Shown: positions 40,397 to 50,490, counted from the stretch's first letter. The stretch: 64,000 bases of DNA from Methanobacteriota archaeon (GCA_002726495.1 PBTH01000062.1:9239-73238); one strand, 5' to 3'. The notes: generated by a model not told the origin, from the letters alone. A program made the numbers and translations.

Positions 40397-42913
40397 CTAC
40401 CCATCCTCTGCCTTGAAAACTTTACTACAAGCGGGACATCTCACCGAACCGCCATAAGACTCTGGAATTCGAAGTGTTTGAGAGCAATCTGGACAGGATA
40501 TCTCAATTTTTCCATCCTTAGATTTCTTTGACTCTGATGAAGTTTGAGCTTCGGTTGTTGAAGTTGAATCCGGTTCTTCTTGCTCGGGGACTTGAGCCTC
40601 AACCTCAAATTTAGTTGAGCAATCTGGACAGCCAACTGAACCCGAATAATCGGATGGAACTCGAAGCCTTCGGTCACACTCAGGACATTGTACCTCAATC
40701 TTCTCTTGACTGGGGGAGGAAGAGGCTTTCTTACGTGGCGAAGATGGTTTTTGGACGCTTGACGAACCTTCAACACGATTCATGCGAATACGCAACACAA
40801 GTGATACGACTAAACCTCCAACCAGACCCCATATGATGGCACCTACTGGCATTGATTCGGATTCGCCCTCCAAAGGCTCGCCTGAAACATAGGATTCTTG
40901 GTCTGAAACCATGGTCCCATCGATCGACCAAACCGCTTGAATCACAACATTGGAACCTTTAGGCCATACCAAATCCATTTCTACGCTAAGGGACTGAGAT
41001 GAGCCCCAACTTGGCGATGCAGTCGATGAAAGAATCTCATCGTATTCATTCTTCAGGATGAGGTTGCCAACACTCGTTGAAATCGGACCGGACTGATGAA
41101 GTGTCAATTTGATGGTAGCTGTATCACCTTGTGCAGGTAAAATAGGCTGGGGAATGTCCTCCATTTCGACCCAATATACCGTTCTCTCTTCAGGAACATT
41201 GACAGATACTGATAGCGCACCTGGCCCAATTGACCAATCTTCCGCTGATATCTTCAAAACTATTTTTTCAGCATTAACTTGTCCAAATGACATTTGTTCA
41301 GTATGGATGCCCTGCTCAAGAAATTTGACATATTCAAAGAGGTACACCGTTGTATCGGATGTTTCATACCCTAATTGAACCAAAACATCTCGAGGTTTGC
41401 CTTCGTCCAATTCATAAACGACCTCAAAAGATAATCCTGAATCTTGGGACCATACGACTTCATTGATAGTCAATCCAATTGATTGTTGTTCCATAACGGG
41501 CAAGGTGAAATTCCCCGCATTGACACCATCAATACTACCATCATCACTCTCGAGGGCCCATTCAAGCACATGTTCACCAGAATCAATGAAAAGGAAACTC
41601 GATGAAACTTCTCCGGCCTCACCGGATTTTAAGATGAGCCAATCACCCACTGACGGTTGGCTTGTGAGGTCTGATTGGTCAACAAGAACCATTCGTACCC
41701 TGCCTTCAAGGTCGCCAACATTACGAATCAGCATGTTTGCCCTCAATGAATCTCCCAGATGCCATGGACCTCCAGTTAAGGAGGGCGTTACTGAACCTGC
41801 GGAGGCAAAGGAGGCTGATTCCATATTGGCTGTGATGAGGATCGGAAGTGTCGATTGGGCCCCGATTCGGCCCTCTGAAAGACTGCAGTTAACGGTCACA
41901 GGTTTCGCAGTCATTGAAAATTCCCATGTGAAATTAGAACCAGCTGGTATGGCTTCAGTAGTTGTCAGTAAAACTTCATTTTGAGTGTTGCATTCGATGA
42001 TTCCGTTAAAATCAACAGTTCCATTGTTTGACACATTGAGGTGGAATACCAATAACTCACCAGCTACAATTGATTCTGAATTTGAAATTAAAGAAGTCAT
42101 AAGTTCAGGCAAAGGTGGGGCAAGGACAGACAATGTTCCGTTTCTCGAGTGCTGTCCGTTATTCTCTCCAAGCGTTCCATTAAGTTCATACGACCAGTTC
42201 ATCAAACCTTCCACGGCAGAAAAAGAGGTGGTGATGCTGGCATAAACGGACGACATGGCCTCTACAGAAAAATCCTCAAGAACAATTGATTCATTGTAAG
42301 GGCCGTTTTCAATCTCTACATTGATTGAGCCCGTCCAGTTGACATCCCCTTGATTTGAAACAGGCAGTTGAAGTTGGACATAATCTCCATCGTGAATCGA
42401 AAGATTACCCGTGATGGCCCCCAATGAATCAACACCCTGGGAGAGGATGCTACCTGCGGCCCCGAGTTCCAAAGAAAGGGGTCTTAATCTCTGGATGGTT
42501 CTAGAAAGGGAAAGTAAATGAGTTCCTGATTCAATTCCAACTTCACCTAAAAGTTCAACGTGTATTTCGCTAAATCCATAATCCAGTGAAGTCAAATTGA
42601 CCGTCACATTCCTTTGTTCGAGCGAACTCAGATTAAACATCTGAGATGGGAGTTGTTGAAGAACAACACCTTCAAGTGATTTGACGGACACATTCAGTTC
42701 AACATTAGCGTAACTTCCATCGGTTTCATGAAGTTCCAAAGTGAACGAATAATTTTCAGTTGAAAAGGTATCGTAATCGTAAATTCCAAAACTAACTTCG
42801 TCGATGACTCCTGAGCCATTCGTGGCATGAACAGAGGGCACTAATGACAGAAGAAGGAGCGTGACGAGGACGGCGGGAATCCGACTCCGAAATGCGCCGT
42901 TACCTCCGCCCAT
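40397..42913 (-). CDS. Surface protein with TM anchor and two C-terminal zinc ribbons
   Basis: Signal peptide; Ig/CARDB-like segments; TM helix; CPEC..CPDC and CPDC..CPAC. Confidence 0.7.
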   Translation of the reverse strand: MGGGNGAFRSRIPAVLVTLLLLSLVPSVHATNGSGVIDEVSFGIYDYDTFSTENYSFTLELHETDGSYANVELNVSVKSLEGVVLQQLPSQMFNLSSLEQRNVTVNLTSLDYGFSEIHVELLGEVGIESGTHLLSLSRTIQRLRPLSLELGAAGSILSQGVDSLGAITGNLSIHDGDYVQLQLPVSNQGDVNWTGSINVEIENGPYNESIVLEDFSVEAMSSVYASITTSFSAVEGLMNWSYELNGTLGENNGQHSRNGTLSVLAPPLPELMTSLISNSESIVAGELLVFHLNVSNNGTVDFNGIIECNTQNEVLLTTTEAIPAGSNFTWEFSMTAKPVTVNCSLSEGRIGAQSTLPILITANMESASFASAGSVTPSLTGGPWHLGDSLRANMLIRNVGDLEGRVRMVLVDQSDLTSQPSVGDWLILKSGEAGEVSSSFLFIDSGEHVLEWALESDDGSIDGVNAGNFTLPVMEQQSIGLTINEVVWSQDSGLSFEVVYELDEGKPRDVLVQLGYETSDTTVYLFEYVKFLEQGIHTEQMSFGQVNAEKIVLKISAEDWSIGPGALSVSVNVPEERTVYWVEMEDIPQPILPAQGDTATIKLTLHQSGPISTSVGNLILKNEYDEILSSTASPSWGSSQSLSVEMDLVWPKGSNVVIQAVWSIDGTMVSDQESYVSGEPLEGESESMPVGAIIWGLVGGLVVSLVLRIRMNRVEGSSSVQKPSSPRKKASSSPSQEKIEVQCPECDRRLRVPSDYSGSVGCPDCSTKFEVEAQVPEQEEPDSTSTTEAQTSSESKKSKDGKIEISCPDCSQTLRIPESYGGSVRCPACSKVFKAEDG

Positions 42914-43004
42914 GGTGCTTGTTGTTTGAAGGGGTTCTTCACCTTCACGCTGAAAGAAGTTGTGAGGGCATGTTTATTCAACATTGAACTGCCCCCCGTA
43001 ATCA

Positions 43005-43520
43005 ATGCAGGACGAACGTTTGTTGGAAGTGAGTCCCGAATTCTTGGTTCGGGCCATTCTTCATCGCCGTCAACGGCTTGCAGAAATGATTCCAAAACAG
43101 CTTGAATCTCGCAAAGATGAGAAGGAAATTGCAGAGGCATTGGCAAGAGATGCTAAACAACGTAGAGACGAGATCAAAACAAACCTGGACGAATTCTCTA
43201 AACAACTGAAAAAACTCGACGAGGGCAGCCCCCAACACGAAAAAATGCTTGTTGAGCGGGATACATTCATTCAGGAGGCTCAAAAATCCGAGCATGAGTA
43301 TCTAGAAAATGAACTCTTCAGAAGAAGGAGCGATTCCAGAACCAAGCGACTCACACATGCACTGAACGATTGTGAACGTTCGATTGAATACTGGGAAGGA
43401 GTGCTTGATAATGGATTTGAAGAGCTCCTTGTCGATGCTACACGGGTCAAACAAGGAGGACCCTCAAGTTATGCTCTATCAAAAGGAGCAAAACCTGAAA
43501 GGAGGTTGAAAAATGAGTGA
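43005..43520 (+). CDS. Coiled-coil hypothetical protein, first gene of the nucleotidyltransferase operon
   Basis: Charged helical protein; overlaps the next gene by 8 nt. Confidence 0.65.
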   Translation: MQDERLLEVSPEFLVRAILHRRQRLAEMIPKQLESRKDEKEIAEALARDAKQRRDEIKTNLDEFSKQLKKLDEGSPQHEKMLVERDTFIQEAQKSEHEYLENELFRRRSDSRTKRLTHALNDCERSIEYWEGVLDNGFEELLVDATRVKQGGPSSYALSKGAKPERRLKNE

Positions 43521-45534
43521 GAAACCATGCCCTCACACAGGCTTTTCATCATCCCAACAAAAGCAGTGGCCACTTCTTCATTCCCAATTGCTGGGAACTC
43601 TTGAACTTGAAGGAATAGAATCCATTTCAGAATCATATCTGAAACAACTCTCCGAAGAGATTTCCTCTACGATTCAGAATTCCGCAATGAGCAGGGAAGA
43701 AACAAAGGCCCGTGAGCGAATCTATCAACATCTCAAACACAATATTGAACACAAACTTGCAGGCAGTAAACTCCACGCCTTTGGCTCAACTCAGTCTCAA
43801 ACCTCATTGGGTGTCGGAGATCTTGACCTTTGTCTTGTTGTTAATGGCCCATCTCCAAGAAAAATCCTCAACAAAATACGAAACATTTTGACCGAACTTG
43901 AAATGAATGAAATTGAGGTTATTGGCCGTGCGAAAGTACCCATTATCAAATTCAAAGAACCCGAAACCGGACTGCCTATCGACATCTCTGTCAACAATGA
44001 GCTTGCACTTTACAATACTGAACTTATTCGGTCATATGCAGATACTCATCCGATGGTCCGCAATGCTGTTCTAACCGTGAAATTCTGGGCATCTTCTCGC
44101 GGTATCAATCAGGCCTTTATGGGGACCTTGTCTTCATATGCATGGACGCTGATGGCATTGGCTGCCATGCAATTGGATCCAAAGGTCCAACTGCCAAACC
44201 TGCAAAAAAACGCTGACAAAAACATCATCCGTTTGGACGAAGAATACGATGTAGGATACAATTCAGAATCCAATTTTGAATGGAATCCTGAACTGGACCT
44301 GGCCACATCTTTTGTCGCTTTTATTCACCGATTTGTATTTGATTGGCCATTTGAAGAAGATGTTATCTCAATACGCAACGGCGGAACGCTCTCTCGCAAA
44401 GATAAGAATTGGAATCAAGGTGAGCCAGAAGCATTTGATCTGCTTCCAGACTCTCTTGACCGAAGACTTGGCCTGCATTCCATGCCGATTGAAGACCCAT
44501 TTTCACTCAACCATGATTTAGGCCGTGTATTGAGGCCGTCAGGCTATCTCACAATTAGAGAAGAATTCCTCAAGGCATGGCTCGGTTTGCTAAAATCCGA
44601 ACCGTGGTCAGAACTTTCCAAAAAGGAGAATGTAAGTGTAATCGAAGAATTTGATTTGTTTGAAGACTTACGACCACGAGCAATGGATGAAGTCCATGCG
44701 CTGCATCAAGAAGTACTTGACAATCTTTCCCGAGTTGAGGAAGAAGGGAGAACCTTTAGCGCACAACGTAAATCCATCAGTCAAGCCATTCAGTTTGCCT
44801 TGGGCAAGAGGGATACTCCACCTCAAGGTTCAATCGGCCCAGAAGATGACCGCTCTGAAGAAATCAATGATTCTAAATCACAACTGGACGATTTGACCTC
44901 CCAAAGGGATGAATTGGTAGGCAACATTGTCATCTCATCTCCAAAGATATCCGAAACACTTCGACAAACATTTGATCGGATTACGGAACAATTGGATGTG
45001 ATGAACATCCCTTCATTGGAACGTGAACAAGAGCTTGCATCCCTCTTTTTAGAACTTCAAAGCATGCATCCAATCGGTAAAGAAGTTGACCGATTGAATC
45101 GAGAAATCCATCTCATAAAGAAGCCACTTCATGGCAACATCAAACACCTCAACAAAGCCGAAAAGAAAATGAAACGTTCACTGCGAACCAATAAGAAAGA
45201 AGCCAAAAAATTACGTCGTGAAAAAGGCCGCCTTGAATCGTGGATTCGTATCAAAAATGGACCGAAAAAACCACGAAAAAACGACAGGCAGCGTGGAAGA
45301 AAACATCGGGGACCAAAACCAAGTGATGTCAAAAAGAAAATGGATTCTGGTGAATCGCTTTCTATGGAAGATCTCAGTGCGTTATTACAGCATGGAGGTG
45401 TCCTCAATATGGACGCAAAGAACGGTAACTCTCGCCAGGGTAAGCGGAAAAATAAGGGCAAAAACAACTCTTCTAATCACCAAGTCAAGCGTGGTAAGCG
45501 AGGAAAAGGCAAGCACAATCAACGAAGGGATTGA
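43513..45534 (+). CDS. Cid1/TUT-family non-canonical terminal nucleotidyltransferase (putative TUTase) fused to a COG1340-like coiled-coil and basic tail
   Basis: FGS..GDLDL, AKVPIIKF, IDISVNN..ALYNT, VKFWA..RGIN..GTLSSYAWTLM, VISIR, IEDPFSLNHDLGR. Confidence 0.85.
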   Translation: MSEKPCPHTGFSSSQQKQWPLLHSQLLGTLELEGIESISESYLKQLSEEISSTIQNSAMSREETKARERIYQHLKHNIEHKLAGSKLHAFGSTQSQTSLGVGDLDLCLVVNGPSPRKILNKIRNILTELEMNEIEVIGRAKVPIIKFKEPETGLPIDISVNNELALYNTELIRSYADTHPMVRNAVLTVKFWASSRGINQAFMGTLSSYAWTLMALAAMQLDPKVQLPNLQKNADKNIIRLDEEYDVGYNSESNFEWNPELDLATSFVAFIHRFVFDWPFEEDVISIRNGGTLSRKDKNWNQGEPEAFDLLPDSLDRRLGLHSMPIEDPFSLNHDLGRVLRPSGYLTIREEFLKAWLGLLKSEPWSELSKKENVSVIEEFDLFEDLRPRAMDEVHALHQEVLDNLSRVEEEGRTFSAQRKSISQAIQFALGKRDTPPQGSIGPEDDRSEEINDSKSQLDDLTSQRDELVGNIVISSPKISETLRQTFDRITEQLDVMNIPSLEREQELASLFLELQSMHPIGKEVDRLNREIHLIKKPLHGNIKHLNKAEKKMKRSLRTNKKEAKKLRREKGRLESWIRIKNGPKKPRKNDRQRGRKHRGPKPSDVKKKMDSGESLSMEDLSALLQHGGVLNMDAKNGNSRQGKRKNKGKNNSSNHQVKRGKRGKGKHNQRRD

Positions 45535-46028
45535 GGTATTTGAAATCGGTCATCTGGCAGCAAGGTATTGAACCAAAAAACATGACATATGCTGCTTGTA
45601 ATCAAGTGCTTACATTGTTTTTTGACGAGACCGGTGAACGTTATACTGAGACCTCAGTTCGCCACCTACCTATTCCCAATTGGAGTGGAAACTTAATTCT
45701 CACAAATCCTTCAGGTGACGACCCCACAAAAATCCTCGGCGTACTGTGGGCAACACCCTTCAAGGATGACATCGTACGCGTGGCTGCTTTCGTTATTCAC
45801 TCCGAGTTCCAAGGCGTTGGCCTGGGAAGTTTGGCTTGGAACCGGTTTGTTGAGGCTGCATTGGATGCGGGTTATCGCCGTGTACAATTGGAAGTAATGG
45901 CTAGCAATATTGACGCTCAACGATTCTATCAGCGTAGGGGCATGGCGGTTGAAAAGCATCTTGAAGGCTACTACAAGTCTGGATTGGGCTACATGATGCG
46001 TGGACCACTACAATCTGTTAATGAATAA
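45531..46028 (+). CDS. GNAT-family N-acetyltransferase (RimI-like)
   Basis: FQGVGLGS, LEVMASNIDAQRFY, EGYY; TTG start overlaps the upstream stop. Confidence 0.82.
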   Translation: MRYLKSVIWQQGIEPKNMTYAACNQVLTLFFDETGERYTETSVRHLPIPNWSGNLILTNPSGDDPTKILGVLWATPFKDDIVRVAAFVIHSEFQGVGLGSLAWNRFVEAALDAGYRRVQLEVMASNIDAQRFYQRRGMAVEKHLEGYYKSGLGYMMRGPLQSVNE

Positions 46029-46065
46029 CTGAAAGTATTATTTTCCCGCCGCCTAAAGACGCTCC

Positions 46066-46383
46066 ATGCTCGAACGAACGATGGCTCCTCTGGTCAAGAT
46101 CCCCGGAGTCCGAAGTGTCGCATTGTTTGAAGGAGATGGATTTGTCATCTACCGCTCCCATGAGGATGCAACAAATCACGACAACCAAATGGGCCATTGG
46201 ACCACTTCATTGGAGGCATCGGCTCACTCAGAGCAACTTACCTTTATTCTTGAAGACGGAACGGTGATGTTGCGAAGAGGGAAACGGCTCAATATGACCG
46301 TTCACTGTGCGCCCAACACAAATCTTGGCGAGGTCCGTAAAACACTGGAATCCTGTCATAATCTTCTTCACAATTTGAACTAG
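46066..46383 (+). CDS. Roadblock/LC7-domain protein
   Basis: IPGVRSVALFEGDGFVI..EDGTVML..NTNLGEVR pattern. Confidence 0.65.
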   Translation: MLERTMAPLVKIPGVRSVALFEGDGFVIYRSHEDATNHDNQMGHWTTSLEASAHSEQLTFILEDGTVMLRRGKRLNMTVHCAPNTNLGEVRKTLESCHNLLHNLN

Positions 46384-46489
46384 TCCGCACATCATCTGCG
46401 TGTACGAGCCCATGAAGGGTTAAATGGGGGAGCAAGGTCCCCGTGGATGCGGGAAGATGGGAATCTTCTCCGACCAGGTGAGATGAACA

Positions 46490-47365
46490 ATGGCAGAACT
46501 CAAAGATCTTCTGAATGAGCGAAGGAAAATGGTTGACGAAAAAGCCACGCATCACCGCGAAATTCGAGACGATTGGAATGAGAAAACCAAGGATTTCACC
46601 TCAACCCGTAATGAGCTCAACAACGAAGTTCGTGAATTGATTGTACAAGTTCGTGAACAACGTGAATTGCGCGATAACATGAACGAAATGGTTCGTGAAA
46701 AGAAAAAAGAGCGTGAAGAAGCAAACCAAATGGTTCGTGAGGCAAAGGAAACCATCCGTGGAAAGCAGCCAGACACGCCACCTCAACTTGACAAGCGCGG
46801 ACGACCGATCCGTCCGGACACCGTTCAATCATTGACACGAACCATGGAACGACTCGAGCGAGAGTTTGAGCAAGGAAAACACCAAGGAAAGAATGAGGTC
46901 AAGTACTTCAAAAAGATGAAGGAACTCAGTGCCAAGCGAAGAAAACTAAAGGACGCACAAACTGCTAGCGGGGAAACTGAAGGCAACGAATCCTTGCGAG
47001 AGGCTATGGCAAAGCAAGACGCTGCTCACAATTCAGTCAAGGAGGCTGCTGAGGCTGCTCAAAGCGCCCACGATTTGATGATTGAATGGAATTCAGAAGT
47101 TGACCGTCAACGAGAAAAGGCTGAAGCTGCTCACCGACGACTGCGAACTTCCAAAAAGGAAGCCGACAAGGAACACAGCCTCTACATTGTATCCCTACGA
47201 TGCTTGCACTCCATCCAAGACATCTTGCGTGCCATGCGTGGAGCAAGCGCCGGCCAAGGCCAACGCCCAACTGCAAACAATGAAACTCAGGATTTGATGG
47301 CGAAACTACTCTCTGGTGAAACGCTTTCGACAGAAGAATTGATGCAACTTCAGCGCTTTGATTGA
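46490..47365 (+). CDS. Archaeal coiled-coil protein (COG1340-like)
   Basis: RDDWNE..RNELNNEVRE heptads, AQSAH, EADKEH; C-terminal KLLSGETLSTEELMQLQ. Confidence 0.75.
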   Translation: MAELKDLLNERRKMVDEKATHHREIRDDWNEKTKDFTSTRNELNNEVRELIVQVREQRELRDNMNEMVREKKKEREEANQMVREAKETIRGKQPDTPPQLDKRGRPIRPDTVQSLTRTMERLEREFEQGKHQGKNEVKYFKKMKELSAKRRKLKDAQTASGETEGNESLREAMAKQDAAHNSVKEAAEAAQSAHDLMIEWNSEVDRQREKAEAAHRRLRTSKKEADKEHSLYIVSLRCLHSIQDILRAMRGASAGQGQRPTANNETQDLMAKLLSGETLSTEELMQLQRFD

Positions 47366-47430
47366 AGAATGAAACGGGGAACACCTCAAAGACCCCCGTT
47401 CACAGCAATCAAACTAGCAAGGTGAGCCTG

Positions 47431-48588
47431 ATGATTCAGAACGACGAAATTGCTAGCATCGTAGAGGAGTATGACCGACTCAAGTTGAGAATCGGAATGA
47501 CTGCATCGCACTCTGCATTGGATATTTGCGATGGAGCCATTGAAGAGGGGTTTCCTACCGTTGCATATTGTAAAGAAGGGCGCCATAAAACCTATGCGAA
47601 CTACTTCAAGACTCACAGGAGTTCTTCGGGAAGAGTTGTTCGTGGGATGGTTGACAAGGCCATTGTTCTTGATGACTTCAACGACGTCATGAAGCCAGAG
47701 ATGCAGGCTGAGATGCGTAAGAGAAACGTGATATACATCCCAAATCGCTCGTTTACATCCTACTCGAAAATATCAGATATTGAAGAAGACTTCAGAGTCC
47801 CTATGTTCGGTTCAAGAAACATGCTTCGGATGGAAGAGCGTACTGAAGAGCAGGATTACTATTGGATCTTGGAAAAGGCGGGACTTCCCTATCCTGAAGC
47901 CATCGCATCACCCGAGGACATTGATTGCTTGGTGATTGTCAAACTCCACCATGCTCAAAAGAAATTAGAGCGTGGATTTTTCACGTGCGCATCTCATCAA
48001 GAATATCAAGAGAAATCTGCGGCCCTGCTTGCAGAAGGAGTCATTGACCAAGAGTCTCTTGATGGCGCTCGCATTGAACGCTATGTCATTGGGCCTGTAT
48101 TCAATCTCAATTTCTTTTACAGCCCACTTGCTGAAGAGGGTGAGCGATTGGAACTGCTTGGAGTTGATTGGCGGTTTGAATCATCATTGGACGGCCATGT
48201 CCGGCTTCCTGCTCCTCAACAAATGACCATGCCATTGCATCAACAAATACCGGAGATGACCGTTGTAGGACACAATACTGCTACAATTCGTGAATCGTTA
48301 TTGGAGAAAGCATTCGAACTTGGCGAGAAATTCATTGAAGCCAGTAAGGAACATTACCATCCTGGAATTATCGGCCCATTCTGTCTCCAAACTTGCATTG
48401 ACAAGGATATGAATTACTACATTTATGATGTAGCCCCACGTTTAGGTGGAGGTACCAATGTCCATGTAAGCGTCGGCCATCCCTATGGGAATGCAACATG
48501 GAGGAAACCAATGTCAAGCGGACGACGTATTGCCATGGAATTACGAATGGCCGCGGAACAAGACCGTTTGTTGGAAGTCCTCACGTGA
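47431..48588 (+). CDS. purP: PurP-family FAICAR synthetase-like ATP-grasp protein
   Basis: SHSALDI.DGAIEEGF, IPNRSF, ERGFF, GPFCLQ, DVAPRLGGGTN, MSSGRRIA. Confidence 0.8.
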   Translation: MIQNDEIASIVEEYDRLKLRIGMTASHSALDICDGAIEEGFPTVAYCKEGRHKTYANYFKTHRSSSGRVVRGMVDKAIVLDDFNDVMKPEMQAEMRKRNVIYIPNRSFTSYSKISDIEEDFRVPMFGSRNMLRMEERTEEQDYYWILEKAGLPYPEAIASPEDIDCLVIVKLHHAQKKLERGFFTCASHQEYQEKSAALLAEGVIDQESLDGARIERYVIGPVFNLNFFYSPLAEEGERLELLGVDWRFESSLDGHVRLPAPQQMTMPLHQQIPEMTVVGHNTATIRESLLEKAFELGEKFIEASKEHYHPGIIGPFCLQTCIDKDMNYYIYDVAPRLGGGTNVHVSVGHPYGNATWRKPMSSGRRIAMELRMAAEQDRLLEVLT

Positions 48589-48594
48589 TGAGGC

Positions 48595-50421
48595 TTACTC
48601 CACATCGTAGAATACTTCGTTACGTAGGTCATACCAAGGTATGATCCCAATATCTGAGGACCCATCATAGTGTCCCGTAGTCTCAACAAAATAGAACATG
48701 GTATTGGATTTCGCACCATCTCCCATGTAACCGTCTCCTGAAAAGTTCTCTAGAGCTATAACGACCCAAGCGTGGCCGCCCCACTCTTCGTTTTCATCGG
48801 ATTTACTATCGCCAAGCATCAACGCTGCATCGTATCCCAAGTTCTCAACTAAACTGATGTAAAGGGCACTGGCATCTTCACAATCGCCACCTTCTTCCCA
48901 CAACATCTCTACAGGATATTTTGGATACTCTGTTTGATTTTGAGTGCTATCGAGGTCGTACAAGTAAGGGATATCTCCGACAAATGCATGAATGAAACGA
49001 GCAATGTCATGGCTTGAATTGTATCCATTTGCTTGAGCCATTGATTGCAATTCAATCGCTAACTGAGAAATGACTGGTTCGTTTGGAGTGGAGAAGGCAG
49101 CATATTGTGGAATAATATCGGAATAGGAATTTGCATTTGACCAATCTATTGCGTGATTCATTGTTCTATAGGATGCATATGTGCTATAATTAAGCGCCCA
49201 TGAAAGGCTGTAATACTGACCTTCAAAATCCCAGTAGTACTCTCGTATGTTCGTAAGGAGGTAGTCAAAAGGTTGGATGGAAAATTGTAGAATACCATCA
49301 TCCTTTTCTCCATCAGCCGAACCATCAGCTGTCATGGTAATGTTCTCCATCATCGTCATGCTATCGAATGTAAATTCAAAGGCTTCAATTCCTTCTGACG
49401 GATTGAGGTCGATATCATCGTCAGAAAACGGATCCGAATCATGAGCTGTGATTTGAATGAAATGGTAGCGAAGATTTTCTTCCAGATCGATGTGGTAATT
49501 TTGATTGAGAGTTACTTCGCCTCCAGTTTCAACTTCAACATACGAGGACATGTGGGATGGCATGCAACCGATTGAAATATTATTTACAGTCGTACAAAAG
49601 TAAATTTCACCTACGCTATCAAAGAAATCAACATCATCCAAAAGTGTGAATGATTCCAAACGAATGTAAATTGCTGAATCTCGGAAATCATTCAAATCTT
49701 GCATATCTGGAATACCATCATTATCATCATCATCATCACTGTTGTCGCCAATTCCATCGTTGTCAAAATCTTCCCATTCCAATGAGTTGCTTGGGAATAC
49801 ATCTGAATTGTCACCGTATCCATCTCCATCGCTATCAACCCACTCTGAAGCGTCATTTGGAAAGGGGTCTGCATTGTCTCCGGTTCCATCACCGTCTGAA
49901 TCTGCCCATTCCGTAGGGTCAAGTGGGTAAAGGTCCAGAAAGTCAACAACTCCATCATTGTCATCATCCAGGTCCTCACCTGAATCTTGACAGCCGTCAA
50001 CATCACGATCGGTGTCAAACGTACGCATCCAGTCAAGTTCGCCTCGCGAACAATCATCACTCACATCCGGTAAACCATCGTTATCATCGTCTTCATCCTC
50101 AGATGCATCTCGGCATCCATCACCATCATAATCGGTTTGCAATGATGATGTCCAGCCCTGTTCACCGTCGTAACATGAATCAATGAGATTGGAAACTCCA
50201 TCTCCATCAACATCGTTTTGGTCGGTGGATGTTTGTCTAAGAATGGCATACAAACCACCCATGACAATTGAAACAAACAGGATTCCAACAACCAAAATAA
50301 CCGGGAAGATGTTGCTCTTTGCAACCGTTTCCCGAATTTCTGAAACCTCATCAGAGATGTCTTCTGGCGCTGGATTTGGCCATATCATGCCCTCAAATTC
50401 AGCAAATTCATCATCCGACAT
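48595..50421 (-). CDS. Membrane-anchored TSP3-repeat protein with transglutaminase-like domain
   Basis: N-terminal TM helix; DxDGDG repeats; YPKYPVEML..GDCED..GHAW..FVETT. Confidence 0.75.
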   Translation of the reverse strand: MSDDEFAEFEGMIWPNPAPEDISDEVSEIRETVAKSNIFPVILVVGILFVSIVMGGLYAILRQTSTDQNDVDGDGVSNLIDSCYDGEQGWTSSLQTDYDGDGCRDASEDEDDDNDGLPDVSDDCSRGELDWMRTFDTDRDVDGCQDSGEDLDDDNDGVVDFLDLYPLDPTEWADSDGDGTGDNADPFPNDASEWVDSDGDGYGDNSDVFPSNSLEWEDFDNDGIGDNSDDDDDNDGIPDMQDLNDFRDSAIYIRLESFTLLDDVDFFDSVGEIYFCTTVNNISIGCMPSHMSSYVEVETGGEVTLNQNYHIDLEENLRYHFIQITAHDSDPFSDDDIDLNPSEGIEAFEFTFDSMTMMENITMTADGSADGEKDDGILQFSIQPFDYLLTNIREYYWDFEGQYYSLSWALNYSTYASYRTMNHAIDWSNANSYSDIIPQYAAFSTPNEPVISQLAIELQSMAQANGYNSSHDIARFIHAFVGDIPYLYDLDSTQNQTEYPKYPVEMLWEEGGDCEDASALYISLVENLGYDAALMLGDSKSDENEEWGGHAWVVIALENFSGDGYMGDGAKSNTMFYFVETTGHYDGSSDIGIIPWYDLRNEVFYDVE

Positions 50422-50490
50422 ATTTACCAGTAATCCGAGGTAATGCGATCATGATTTAGAGTTGTTCCCTGCCCGCCAATCGCGATGATT

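Noticed and set aside
43513-45534. Alternative reading as a CCA-adding enzyme or CBASS CD-NTase
   Set aside because: KVPIIKF, DISVNN, GTLSSY and IEDPF match the Cid1/TUT family, and no Cap effector genes are adjacent; a search is still needed to confirm
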